A stretch of DNA of 64,000 bases from Eledone cirrhosa (lineage: Eukaryota): assembly GCA_964016885.1 (NCBI GenBank), contig OZ024742.1, positions 323,578,001 through 323,642,000 of the forward strand, given 5' to 3'. Of this stretch, positions 29,576-42,229 are shown in pieces. The notes below the pieces were generated by a model that worked only from the letters and a program-made list of their open reading frames with translations, was not told the origin of the DNA and searched no databases. Within the stretch, counting starts at the first letter, position 1, and every line of letters begins with the position of its first letter. Made by a program: the position numbers and the translations under genes.

Positions 29576-30173
29576 TAGCGAGGAGAAGATTATTTAGAAC
29601 AGTCAGATAGAATTAATTATAGAATAGCAATTAAGAAGTAGGATTTGCATTCTGGGCGATTATAGATATATGGATGAATGAACCGAAGGGTGGGGAGACA
29701 AGAAGAAAATGTTATTTTTACATTACATTTCGTAGAAGTGGACGACCATTAATAAGAGTTGACAAATTCTGAGATTCGTGCCTCGTAACAGGTTTATTTA
29801 TATTTGGTGTGAGCGAGAGAGAGAGACGTATATGATAGAGAGACAGGCACATATATGATAGAGAGAGGGGGGTGGGTGTGATAGCGATTTTGAGGGCCGA
29901 GAGAAGCCATTTTTATGAATCCTGGAAAAATTTTCGGCCAAAATGGTAGCGAGAAGATTATTTAGAACAGTCAGACAGAATTATAGAATAGCAATTAAGA
30001 AGTAGGATTTGGATTCTGGACGATTATAGATATATGGATGAATGAACCGAAGGGTGGGGAGACAAGAAGAAAATGTTATTTTTACATTACATTTCGTAGA
30101 AGTGGACTGACCATTAATAAGAGTTGACAAATTCTGAGATTCGTGCCTCGTAACAGGTTTATTTATATTTGGT
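29576..30173. repeat. ~230-bp direct duplication
   Basis: 29576-29808 and 29947-30173 are nearly identical (GAGAAGATTATTTAGAACAGTCAGA...GGTTTATTTATATTTGGT). Confidence 0.93.
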
Positions 30174-30244
30174 TTATTTATATATGCTTTCCTATATCCC
30201 TCTCTTCCAAATTAGTGTGTTAGCATTATTACTAATTGATACTA

Positions 30245-30436
30245 AGGCGTTGGATTCAGTATCGGTAGAGGGTCGGACACCATGCTTTGCAACATAGAGT
30301 TACGGCCCTTTACGGTTTGAGTTCAAATCCCGCCGAGGTTAACTTTGCCTTTCACCCTTACGGGGTCAATAAACTAAAGTACCAGTAATGCACTGGGATA
30401 ATTGCTGGCCTTGTGCCAAAAGTAGAAACAATTATT
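30245..30436 (+). mobile_element. SINE family 1
   Basis: CAGTATCGGTAGAGGGTCGGAC...GAGTTCAAATCCCGCCGAGG...AGTAGAAACAATTAT. Confidence 0.85.
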
Positions 30437-30639
30437 AGAAGGGAAAATAGATGTTATATGGAGCTGATAAAGCCAACTAAAACCTTGTAGGTGGTACTCC
30501 AGTATGGCCACAGTCCTGTGATTGAAACCAGTAAAAGAATAAAAGTATACCTCTCTCTCTCACTGCCTCCAACCTCATTGTGTGTATCCCCCACGATCTA
30601 TTTCCTCCTCCAAATCCATACACCTAACAATGCTGGCCA

Positions 30640-31100
30640 CCCTAACACCACTCATTTCAAAATACCTTGATAGGACCCTTTTACCCTTAGTCACCACCCT
30701 TCCTCCTCACCTTCGTGACACCAATCACACTCTTTGTTTCTTTAACTCTTTCTCCTTTCCTCCTAACTTTTCCTTATTCCTCTTTACTTTAGACATTAAA
30801 TTTTTATACATGGTTATCCTTTGTGAAGATGGTCTCTGCGCTCTCAAATATTATCTCGATCAATAAAAGCTCTTGAGCCCAGCACCTCTACTCTTCTCCA
30901 CCTTGCTGAGCTTGTGCTCGCACTTAATTGTTTTTTCCTTTACAGTGAATTTTACTAGCAGGTAACTGGGCTGGCCTTTGATACTAGGATGGACCTTAAT
31001 TATGCCAATTTGTTTGTTGGTTAATCTTTGTTCAGTTCACTGGTCCAATCCTGGAACTTCATGGCAGACACATCAGTGATTCCATCGGTGTTACCTTCTT
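30640..31100 (+). pseudogene. Penelope-like (Neptune-like) reverse transcriptase remnant
   Basis: ISKYLDRTLLPLV...RDTNH...LFTLDIKFLY...DGLCALKYYLD, then PSTSTLLHLAELVLALNCF, NYANLFVG and GRHISD (decayed RYIDD) across frameshifts; typical PLE RT motifs. Confidence 0.8.
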
Positions 31101-31432
31101 CATCTGTACCCACAGTTTGACCACGGCGGGACTTGAACTCAGAGCACGCAATGCGGTGGGACGAATACCTTAAAGCATTCTATCCGACGACTTAACGGCT
31201 CTGACACACACACACACACTCTCTCTCTCTGCCATCTGGTATTGTACATTTGGTGTTACACCGTCTGTTGACCCATCGATTCCAGAGTCGGACATGATCA
31301 TACCTTGAGCTGATCGATCAGGAAATACGCGTCACATGTAAATCTAAACTATAATAAAGTAAGGAGCATGGGACTGCGTACGGTTTATAATTTTTTATCC
31401 CATTAGTAAAATAAGTTGAATTACTTTGAATA

Positions 31433-31620
31433 AATAATTGTTTCTACTGTAGGCACAAGGCCAGCAATTACCCAGTGCATTACTGGTACTTTATTTTATC
31501 GACCCCATAAGGATGAAAGGCAAAGTAAACCTCGGCGGGATTTGAACTCAGACCGTAAAGGGACGTAACTATGCTGGAAAGCATGGCGTCCGACCCTCTA
31601 CCGATACTGCCAATCCACCA
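31433..31620 (-). mobile_element. SINE family 1
   Basis: Reverse complement of a full family 1 unit including the TGGCAGTATCGGTAG A-box-like head. Confidence 0.88.
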
Positions 31621-31656
31621 CCCTTTTGAATAAATAATGAATGAATATTACATTTA

Positions 31657-32031
31657 TCTACTAAATTTATCTACTAAATTTCGTGGCTGTTGATTAAATA
31701 TATTTTATTGTTTATTTTAAGATTCACTTCTTTAAAATTTTCAAATGTCAACACTTCCGGTTAGCGATCGCTTAAATAAACATTCATATATTTCCGTCAC
31801 TAATTTTCGCCTAATGCAGTTTACATATAATATTGTCTTTGTTTAATGTATCATGGATTACGTTACTGGTTACATAAGACAGTGTAACACAGTCTTCGTT
31901 CAATTTCTGTGTATATTGTCAATTACGATTTTATTTGATCATATCTACATGCATATATACTTGCGTATAATATCAATATACACACTACACATGCTAGCAG
32001 AAAACCACCAGAAGCGTGGCTTTTCTGCTAG
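31657..32031 (+). mobile_element. Possible non-autonomous Helitron
   Basis: Starts A|TCTACTAAA; ends in hairpin CTAGCAGAAAACCAC...GTGGCTTTTCTGCTAG|T; shares CCGGTTAGCGATC with 33042. Confidence 0.45.
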
Positions 32032-32057
32032 TAAACATGATGCTATTTTGGTACCTC

Positions 32058-32245
32058 ATTTGGCAGTATCGGTTGGGGGTCGGACGCCATGCTTTGCAAC
32101 ATAGAGTTATGGCTCTTTTCGGTCTGAGTTCAAATCCCTCTGAGGTTTACTTTGCCTTTCATCTTTACGGGGTCAATAAAATAAAGTACCAGTAATGCAC
32201 TGGGGTAATTGTTGGCCTTGTGCCAAAAGTAGAAACAATTATTAT
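32058..32245 (+). mobile_element. SINE family 1
   Basis: Full unit as at 43203. Confidence 0.85.
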
Positions 32246-32359
32246 TATATAAAATCCAAGTGGAAGGAAGCCACAGTAAAGGTAGACCAAGAAAGATCTG
32301 GCACCAGTGACGTCACAACTCGCTTCTACAGGCGAGTAAACTGGGCAACATAAAATATA

Positions 32360-32435
32360 AAAAACACACCGCATCACCTGATCTGGGAATCGAACTCCCA
32401 ACCTCCCGATTGCAAGCCCAAACGTATAAACTCAT
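32360..32435 (-). mobile_element. SINE family 2 tRNA-like head
   Basis: Minus strand GGGCTTGCAATCGGGAGGTTGGGAGTTCGATTCCCAGATCAGGTGATG, matching 32585-32630. Confidence 0.6.
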
Positions 32436-32552
32436 ATTGGCGCCTAAAGAAAGCTCACTATTTTGATCCCCCTTGTTTTCTGGAAGTATGGTTAAATTTG
32501 GGTAGCGCCTTTGTTCTGTTTATGAACATAAATAAATTTATATATATATATA

Positions 32553-32887
32553 TGGAGGCACATGGCTTAGTGGTTAGAGCATTGGCCTTGCAATCAAAAG
32601 GTTGTGAGTTCAATTCTCAGACCAGGTGATGTTTTTTCCTTGAGCAAGACACTTTATTTCACATTGCTCCAGTTTACTCAGCTGTAGAAATGAGATGATA
32701 GGGACTGGGGTCTATATCATTCCACTTTAAAGTGGTCATGGAGGTGCCACGGCAAAAAAGCACCCAGCACTCATTGTAAATGAGGTTGGTGTTAGGAAGG
32801 GCATCCAGCTGTAGAAATCAAGCCAGAATCAGTTCCCGTCTCACCCTTGCAAGCAGGGAAAAGCGGACGTAAAATGAAATGATGATA
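32553..32887 (+). mobile_element. SINE family 2 with RTE-derived tail
   Basis: A box TGGCTTAGTGG, B box GAGTTCAATTC, TCCTTGAGCAAGACACTTTA body, then RTE-B-like 3' UTR and an RTE-C-like terminus with GAT repeats. Confidence 0.7.
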
Positions 32888-33637
32888 TCTAAAACAGAGA
32901 ATGTCTGTCTGACTCCCTAAAACTCGAGAACCACCCAACCGATTGTTTTCAAACTTTACACATGTAATACTTATCATCGTGTGAGTGCTTTGAGCAAAAA
33001 AATATTTCAAATTTAAAATGCCATAGGGACCGCATTAGGCGCCGGTTAGCGATCTCTCTGCCTTTCTTAGTCTGTCCTTTTAGATAGATATATAGCTATA
33101 ACGTCGCGCCCTTATAATATCTGTCTGTCTGCATTACGACATTATGACAAATATTGTTCTCATTGCTGACGTATTATCTTCGCTATTTTCCGTTCATTGC
33201 CAGGGAACGTCTTCACGAACCAAAGTATCGTCTTCCTGTTTTCCTTTGGTTGCAACGTTTTTCGAAATATTTACTTCTGCGTTTACAGATTGATTTTTTT
33301 TTAGTTTCAGAAGATCCCGTTAAGGGTGAAAGCAGCGATTCTTTGCTTAAACTTTAATCTGTTATTTTAATATATATATATATAATTATATATTCGTGTA
33401 CAGATATTTTTGCATACACAAAAACAAAATATAAACAAACGTATTTATTTCGCGATAAAGTATTGATTTTCTTAGCACGACCCCCCCGGTAATCGACGAA
33501 TTCTTTTTATAAGCACAAAATGTAGACACCATCCCGAGGCCGAGGTATTCCGTACTTCTCTGTACTGTTTCAGAAAGGAGGGATAAACATGCCAATCTAT
33601 GTTTAAAATCCCGAGCAACGACGGGCCATTCTGCTAG
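32888..33637 (+). mobile_element. Non-autonomous Helitron
   Basis: A|TC start (TCTAAAACAGAGAATGTCTGTCTG), subterminal hairpin CCCGAGCAACGACGGG and CTAG|T end; no TSD. Confidence 0.7.
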
Positions 33638-35018
33638 TGTATATATATATATATCATCATACTTTTTCCTATATATATATATATATAGGAAAAAGTATGA
33701 CCCCGACGGCAGAGCTCTAGCCGTTTCGACGGCTATTTCTGGAGGCACAGACAGACAGACAATAAGGAAGTGATTGTGTAAAACAGCAAGAGGAATTGTG
33801 TGTGAGAAATTGAGAATGATTGACAAATAGTATGAAATAGAGGAGTAGCAGGAGAGGAAGGGCGTATTGGATTAACATTTTTCTTTTAAATACTTTACTT
33901 AAATGAAAAGGAGGATGAGATTAAAGGGGAGAGTGGGATCAGGCAACCGAGTGCAAGTGAACCAACATGTAAACATACATATATACTCACATATAACCCC
34001 CCCCCCCCCATGTATATATACTCACGCATACTTTCACAGAATAGGAAAAAGAAAGAAAATTAATTGGGGGAAGGGGCAAAGTAGGAGAAACAAAAAAGGG
34101 AATTGGAGTGGTAATGATTATAATATATCTATAATAATGTATATATATATATATATATGTGTGTATGAAATTATATTATAATTTCACACGGAAAGATATT
34201 TAAAACTGAAAGTTGTTTTTTTTAGCTATAAAGTTACTGTTGTTTGTGGTACCGAACAGGGACATTATACGCACACTAGCACACATCAAAAGAAGTTTGG
34301 GGCACTTTTCAACAAACCAACAGTTATGTTGTTAGTCCTTACTGAAAGCTGGATAATTTACTTATCTTAGCCAGGTCTGCCCCAATTTGTAACTGCTAGC
34401 ACCAGTTGCTACATCCCCCTTCTCTTTATCACCACGAACGCACATACACACACAGAAACGTTACTCGGCAATAATAATATTTGTAATAGTAATTGTCATT
34501 CACGGCCAGTAACCCTCAGAACGAATGGCTAATGCCAGCGGCCTTATAAACAACTCTCAGCATGTCTGTGATACTTTTATTAACCAACCTGTGTTTCTCA
34601 AGTAGGTGGCATACTTTTTTGTTTGTTAATATATATATATAAATATATATATATAACTATTTGTTATATATTAATCATCATCATCGTCGCCTACCGCTCC
34701 TTTTCCGCACTTGCATGGGTTAGACGGGTTGTCACGCTATTAAACATGTCAGGCAAGGAGACTGTGTCATATGGTATAATTAATATATATATATAATGTG
34801 TGTGTGTGTAGGCAGGCAGAATGAGTTGGGGGTAAATAACCCAACGAAAATTAAGTACCTATACATGTCTCTGTTGTAACTAATTATACATAACTCGTCC
34901 CATGTAGCGAGTGCTCTAAACTTTTGGCTATTTATGCCAAATTTGCACTACAGTATATCTATCTATAAATATATATTATATACATATATTATAAAGAGTC
35001 TGATCCTTCCTGGTTTAT

Positions 35019-35071
<53 letters not shown>

Positions 35072-35697
35072 CACACACACACACACATATCATCATCATC
35101 GTTTAACGTCCATCTTCCACGCTAGCATATTGAATTTATGTATATATATTATTTCATCCTTACGGGGTCGATAAAATAAAGTACCAGTAATACACTGGTA
35201 ATTGCTGGCCTTGTGCCTAACGTAGAAACAATTATTATTTATATATGAATATATATATTATTGTACATATATAATATATGAATATATGTAAAAGGAATAT
35301 AGTTTAATCCCTTCGCATGTGTGTACGGGTCATCCCTGATCCAGCAGACTTATAACAGATTTTCTAGCCACTCGTTACCATTTTATTTATTATCCAGAGA
35401 TAATTATTTATCAGTGTATTTTCCAATGTATCCTTCCTTTTTAAGGTAGTGGTGAAAGCTTTGAAGGAAATCTGGCTGTTATTTTTAGCAAGTCAAACGG
35501 CAGCCCATGACTCCTCTATTGCTTTTGTATTTGATGTTTGAGCTTCTCTAAGCATGTATATGTGTGTGTTTATATGTGTCTAAATCAGAAGGCACAAGTT
35601 CAACAATTCTGATGGAAGGGAAAATTGATTAAATCGACAAGTGTTTTTGGTCACTACGTCTCGACGATATATATATATATGGTATTATTATAGAACA

Positions 35698-36049
35698 CCC
35701 CACACGATTTCAGTGGGGAAAATCTTTTTTTCCGTGTGCTATCAACTAATCTAACCTTCAAGAAGCTGACAATCGAAACCACTTTTTTCTCGGAGAATGT
35801 AGAGGGTTGATTGCCCTCACCCCCAACTCGGAGTTTTCTCTATGACTTTTCTTCTTCACGTGTTATCAACGAACGGGATCTCCACACTAGTTGGAAACGA
35901 CTAAATTTGTCGAAAAAGGGGTATGAAAAGGGTTAGTTTTAGAGTTAGGTTTCCGTTTTCGGGGAAAAGGTCGATTGCCAGCATCTTGGAAGTTAGATTA
36001 GTTGATAGCACACGAAATACTGAGGAACAATTCTCTCTCTTGTGTGGGG
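35698..36049. mobile_element. Foldback/MITE-like element with long imperfect inverted repeats
   Basis: 35733-35776 CGTGTGCTATCAACTAATCTAACCTTCAAGAAGCTGACAATCGA is the inverse of 35971-36014; outer CCCCACAC/GTGTGGGG. Confidence 0.7.
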
Positions 36050-36087
36050 AATATTAAGTATATTTTTGTTTATTTTCTCTTCACACT

Positions 36088-36129
<42 letters not shown>

Positions 36130-37399
36130 CTAAAACCATTTTATGGCATTTCACACAGAAACCTTTTAATGTATTAATTTTGACAAGTGTTTATATATCA
36201 AAATGTTTGTTTGGGGATATTTATAACCACTTGTTTTTAATTTTCTACCAGAATTGATCCATTGATAAATAAATAAGCAGATACATTTGTGGCTTTTAAT
36301 CATTTATGTCAAGTGCTCTTTCCCGCCGGCCCCTTCTTTACTAAATTAAGTTCACATCCCCTACCCTATAAGTGACCTGATATATTCAAAGTAGTGTGCA
36401 ACATGTATTCAAACGTTTTGTGAAGGTGCGGTTGAAATCGCTAAATTCCAATTACTTTATTCAAAGTACGAGAATGTATACACACACAACTTTAGTACAA
36501 TCGTGATTTACGTACGTACACTCAGCTTTGAATGTATGACTGACCATTATTATACTTGAAGCAAGCCTTAAAGTATAAATTTATTTGTGTTTCTGTGTTA
36601 CTTCTCTCACCACCAGTACATTTCCTGTATTCTGAATCAAGAAGTTTGTCATTGTTGGGCAACTTATGTGAAGACAGAACGTAGCGATGTTTAGTGTCAG
36701 ACCAATGCTTCACTATCTTTACATGTGGCGGAGGTGTGTGTGGGTGGGGGGCTCTAAGAAAATTAATGATGGTTTGCGTCGGTAAATAAACAAATAAGAA
36801 TTTTAAATAAAATTCGTAAAAATGATATCCTACATTGGCACACATTTTTAATGTAGAGATAGTCGATTATATCAATGTTAGCATTCGACGTGTATTTATT
36901 TTGGCATGTATACAGTTTGCGAAACCCCCCTCCCCCACCGCGCACTTCCTCCGATTTTGTTTTCTTATAACTTTTTTAATAAAGCATATTTTTTAATGAA
37001 ATTTTCCAGATACTTTTTTGAAGAAAAGCAATGTTAGCAAAACTACTGATATACTAGTGGAAGTTTAACAGTAGCAAAGTTTTCTGAGGTTGATTGAATT
37101 ACATCCTCCCCACCACCACTACCACAAACGTTTGGAAAATTAAAAATGATACTCAACATTGTGTGGAGGGGAGGGGCGGATGTAAGTGTAATAGACTTCA
37201 ATACTTGACAAATGTTTTATTGACTTAGAAAGTATGAAAATCAAATTCAACCATTGTAGTATTTGAACTCAGAACATAAATGAATGTAACTAAATATTAC
37301 AAGGAATTCTTTGATGCTTTACCGATGTTACCATTTAAACTGCCCTAGGAAAGTTGATTCTGGTGCTATTTGAACCCAGTAAGTAAATGAGTACTACCA

Positions 37400-37535
37400 G
37401 TAGCTGGGGGAGGAGGTAACCCTGTAATGGACTGGCATCATGTCCAGGGGAAGTCTTGAACTCTCAGTTGCTTATAGCCAACAAAACTGGGATAAACATC
37501 AGCCTGATGAGCCTCCAGGCTAGGGACAGATTTTA
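37400..37535 (+). mobile_element. SINE 3' segment (family 2-related)
   Basis: GGTAACCCTGTAATGGACTGGCATC...GGATAAA...GCCTGATGAGCCTCCAGG; a related segment follows the SINE head at 41390-41580. Confidence 0.55.
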
Positions 37536-38941
37536 ATTTCTTTAAGTAAATAGGGCAGGGATTGACAGAATCTTGATAGCATTGGACAAAATATCTTCTG
37601 ATATTTAGTAACAGTGAAAGCATGGATTCCACTTATAGACCAAGTGGTGCATTGTGTTAATTTTATGTTGGCTTCAATCAACTCAGCTGAAAATAGTACC
37701 AGTAACAGTTGTGAGTTAAACCTGAATTGGACTGAGATTCTGTTCAAGAGTACTCTGTCATTTAACAGAAGAATAAGCTAATGGGCTTCTAGGCTCGAGA
37801 TGGACTTTACATTCTGAGTTTAAATCCAGCTAAGATCAACTTTGCCTTTCCTTTATCTGGGGGTTGATATAATATAGTATTAGTCCTGGACCTATAAAAT
37901 CAACTCAAATTTCTGGCATTGTGCTGATATTAAAAATAATAATTACAAGCTGCATTCTTTTATGTTCCAAATTCAAATTCCTCTTTGGTTAATCCATGTA
38001 TATTTAATGAAATATGTGCCATACACTATAACCCTCACCTCTTTAACCTTTCATAAAAGACACCATTCTCACACATTCTATATTTGTGTATTGAATTTTA
38101 TTTGCATGAATAGATATATTGAAAACATATATATATACATATATATATGCAAGAGGGAAAAACAGACGTAAAATGATGATGATGATATACATTTCCTTTT
38201 TGTAACATGGTGTTTCTTGCATGTTGAACAAGTGCATAGTCTCTCTTGTTGCTATGTAAAAAGCTTAAGGATGCTTACAACATTTAGGTTTCTCAAGCAG
38301 TTATTCTTTCAAGTACTAACAAGGTTTGTTGTTTAACTTCAGTGATTTAATTTGAATGATATTTCAGTGTGGTATGCCCATTTAAAAAAAATAATTTTTC
38401 CTGCTGGGTGTTGTCTTGGGATTTGATACGATGAATATAGAAGAAATCATTTCGTTTCACCATAGTATTTGTAATAATTGATGATTTAATTCAACAAATG
38501 TATTAGTGTCAGACTTAAATAGAAAAGTAAGGGAGACAAGGAATTTTGGAGAAACTTTTCTGTTAGGATAGAACTGGTTTTCATTACCTTCTCTTTATCC
38601 TGATGCCTTATTTTGGTCTTCCATTTTGATATAGCATAGTTTCATTAATATACTGCCTAAATATTATGTACTGCAGTTTACAAGAGTATTATTAATTCCA
38701 TTATCATTCAGTTTCCAAATGTATTGAGATAGAGAAGTGGAGTTGATTTTATTTCAGGATCTAAAGGAGTGAGTGTACTTGGTGTGTCTGGTTTTAATGT
38801 AGTTCTTTCCACTGCCATCTGCAGCTATTATTTCTTTATACACAAACATTTGTCATTAAGCATTGTACAATTTAGTTTTATATACCTGCAGAAACACATT
38901 TAAAAAATACTAAAAATACATACATAATGTAAAACTTTCAC

Positions 38942-39144
38942 TTAACCCTTTAGCATATTTACATTACTCTATATATGCTATTATATTTTCATGGTAAAGG
39001 CTTTACATCGCATAATTATCTCACATAATATCGAATCTATGAGATTTTGAAAGTATTTATTTTGAGAACATCAGTTTGAGCGACCGGTTACAGCCAGTTT
39101 CAACAGAAAGAGGTAGAGAATTCTGGCCGGTTTGAACATTAAAG
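38942..39144 (+). mobile_element. piggyBac-type MITE family 1
   Basis: TTAACCCTTTAGCAT start with shared body; right TIR decayed. Confidence 0.75.
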
Positions 39145-40177
39145 TTTTTGTTGTACATAAAAAGTTATGTATTGAGTAAGCCCTATTTTTTAGCTATAAA
39201 ACCATTAATGACTGCCTACTTAATTCGCAGAATACAAGTTATTAAAAGAAAAGTTTAATATTACTACTAATAAATTTTTTTTCAATATTTGTTATAGTAA
39301 AGTTTTATGCAATCATTTCGGTGCGTGAGAATTCCACCTTCAGATTGTCTTAGAAAATAAGTTATAAATTTTCTCCAAAATGGCTGATAAATATGTTTTT
39401 TCTCTAAAAAATGTTTCCCGTTCCTTCCCCATCTCACTATCTTTCTATTTCATGTTTTATTTCTCATTAAAGGTGCTTATCATTTTTTCAACTTATGGAG
39501 AAATTCGTATTTTCTAGCATGTTTACATGTGGTTTTTAATTTTTTTTATTTATCAAAAATATAATACTTGAATTATGCAAATTTGCTTTACGTGCCACGT
39601 TCACAAACGCATCTTCGCATAAAAAGCAAACACACTGTACTTATATTGTCTAGAAATAACTAAGCGAGTATAAATAAATATGAAGGATAAAGTGAAATTA
39701 ACAAACTAGTTGGATTGGAAAGTGGCCAAAATACATTCTTAACAGAGACACTGGTATAACAGATAAGTAGAAAAAGAAGTTAACGAGGATTAATTAAATA
39801 AAGTTATGTCAAATCTATGAAAAAAGAGTATGCTAAGCAATGTGAACATGCTATATTATCAGTTCATTTCTATGCTTTAAGAGCCTACAACGAGGGACAT
39901 AGTGATCTCATAGGCCTCCAAAATATGAAGGGCTCAAGATTTTTCACCTCCATCATAAGCCTTTGTGGAATCTATTATATAGACCATTGTAGGTTTTAAA
40001 GTAGAAACAAATTGAGCTAAGGATGTGGAGCTGTTTAGGCTCTCTTTCTTAAAAGAATGTAAGTGGGAATTGTAATGTGTTTTTAAAGAGCTGGTGGTAG
40101 CATCTATATAGAAGTTGGTTGATTAGGGGTATATGCAGTACATTTATAAACTATATTTTTCTTACGGCAATGTCCGT

Positions 40178-40384
40178 TTAATCCTTTAGCATTCACATTA
40201 CTCTATAACTATTGTATTTTGTGGTAAAGGCTTTATCTCACATAATATCGAATCTCTGAGATTTTGAAAGTATTTATTTTGAGAACAATACCATAACATC
40301 AGTATGAGTGGCCAGTTACAGTTGGTTTGAACAGAAAGAGGTGAGAGAATTCTGGTCAGATACGGCTGGTTTAAATGCTAAAGT
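40178..40384 (+). mobile_element. piggyBac-type MITE family 1
   Basis: TTAATCCTTTAGCATTCACATTACTC ... TTAAATGCTAAAG. Confidence 0.8.
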
Positions 40385-41592
40385 ATTAGGAATTCTACAG
40401 TTACATTCAGAATTAGATTTAGAACCTTTGCCAGAGGTGAGGTTAGTTATGTTATTATGTGGTATGTAGTTCAAATTTCTATTTGTTAGGTTATTACTAT
40501 TCATGTTTGTGTTTTGTTGGCAATGGCTTTTATTTCTCTTGAATATTATGTGAAAACTATTTGTCAACTTCAATTTCTAAGGACAAACTATTATTGTCAG
40601 TGTGTTAGAGTAGCTTTGATTTTTGTAAATATCTGAACTTTCTCTACAGTTCAAAATTGTTTCCTACACCCCCCCCCCCCCGACTTATTGTGCTTCTCTA
40701 TTATTGTTACTTTTGTTAGCATTGATTGAAAGAAATCTTTTATTGGCCAATTCTTTAATGTCAACAACCCCAAAATATAAGACAAGACCATTCTGTATGA
40801 CAGACTTTGGGCTTTTTATTTTCTTGTTCTCTGTGTTCTCACAACTTAAACTTGCTTTTTTTTCATATACATAGATGATTAGTCTTTTTCTTTCTCTTTT
40901 TCCACTTGCCACTAACCACTTTTTCTCTCTATTTATCCATTAACTACATATTCTTTCTATTTATCCACTAACCACTTGGATCTTCTGTCATGCTGTGCTT
41001 TCATTGCAATGTATGCAGATGGAGTTCTCTCTTGATTTCTCTCTTTAACACTGGTTGATTATGTTGTTAGTTAATGTTAGCTCTGATTGAGCAGACTTAC
41101 GATCAAAGATGTTTCAATTGCAACCATCCCATCATTTTTTTTCAGGCATAATATACCTCACATTACATTATTCAATATTAGCAGTAGCACTAACATAGTG
41201 TAATTCATAATAGAGTTGTATATGAAGGCATATACAATATTTTTATGTATAATAAACATATATGTCTTGCTATGAGATAGCTGTGATATGCATGATACAT
41301 AAACCTATTGTATATTCCTTCATATACACCTCTGTTTTCCAATATGCCCTTTCTTAAATTGGTGGAGTGTGATTTAATGTGAAGTTGTGCAGCCTTGTGG
41401 TTAGGGTGTTGGATTTACGATCATAATGTTGTGGCATTGTGTTCTTGAGTAAAACATTTATTTTGCATTGCGCTCCAATCACTTTGGCTGAAAATGAGTA
41501 CCTGGATTGGACTGGGGATCTTCTACTCTCAATCTGAAACCTGGATAAATTTTGGCTTGATGAGCCTCCAAGTTTGTGACAAAGAGTGTGAT

Positions 41593-41804
41593 TTAACCCT
41601 TTACCATTTAAACCGGCTCTATCTGGCCAGAATTCTCTCACCTGTTTCAGTTCAAACCAGCCGTAATTGCCCACTCATATTGATGTTAAGGTATTGTTTA
41701 CAAAATAAATACAAAATCTCATAAATTCGATATTATGTGAGATAAAACCTTTATCGTGAAAATACAATAGCATATATAGAGTAATGTAAATACTAAAGAG
41801 TTAA
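41593..41804 (-). mobile_element. piggyBac-type MITE family 1
   Basis: Reverse-oriented copy with TTAA at both ends. Confidence 0.8.
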
Positions 41805-42229
41805 AGTGGATTTTGTTGTTATTTCAAGTAGATCAAACAATGGTATAGATGCTTACTTGTTAGCTCAACTAACACCTGTGTTTCTCAGGACTTGCTCAAA
41901 CTCATTTCTTTACAGTAGCTGCTTATTAAAAAATAAAAACGTATCTCACATTTTGATATTGTTTCTAAAATTAAATAAGAGTACATGTTTGTGGAATATT
42001 CAATGACTTAACATACTAATAAGTAGATTGTTCAGTTGATCAAACAACTGGATGTCGATATGTTCTCAAAAGGAGAGAACACCATTACCATCATATATAC
42101 TGACTGTAATTTTAATTTATTAAGAATGTAAATGTTTTCATGCATACATGTTTCTGTTTATGCATGTATGTGTGTGGTCTATAAATTCCTGTATAGATGT
42201 ACTCATTCATTGCTACACACTAGTGATCG

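Noticed and set aside
31753-31770. ETS motif ACTTCCGG suggesting a host promoter
   Set aside because: Overlaps a 13-mer shared with the Helitron at 33042, so a transposon origin is more likely.
32553-32625. tRNA gene (GCA anticodon-like)
   Set aside because: No acceptor-stem pairing; it continues into a SINE body.
35734-35742. GTGTGCTAT shared between the foldback element and the satellite monomer
   Set aside because: Only 9 bp; too short to support a derivation.
37503-37530. CTGATGA hammerhead box
   Set aside because: No downstream GAAA/UH; part of a SINE tail.
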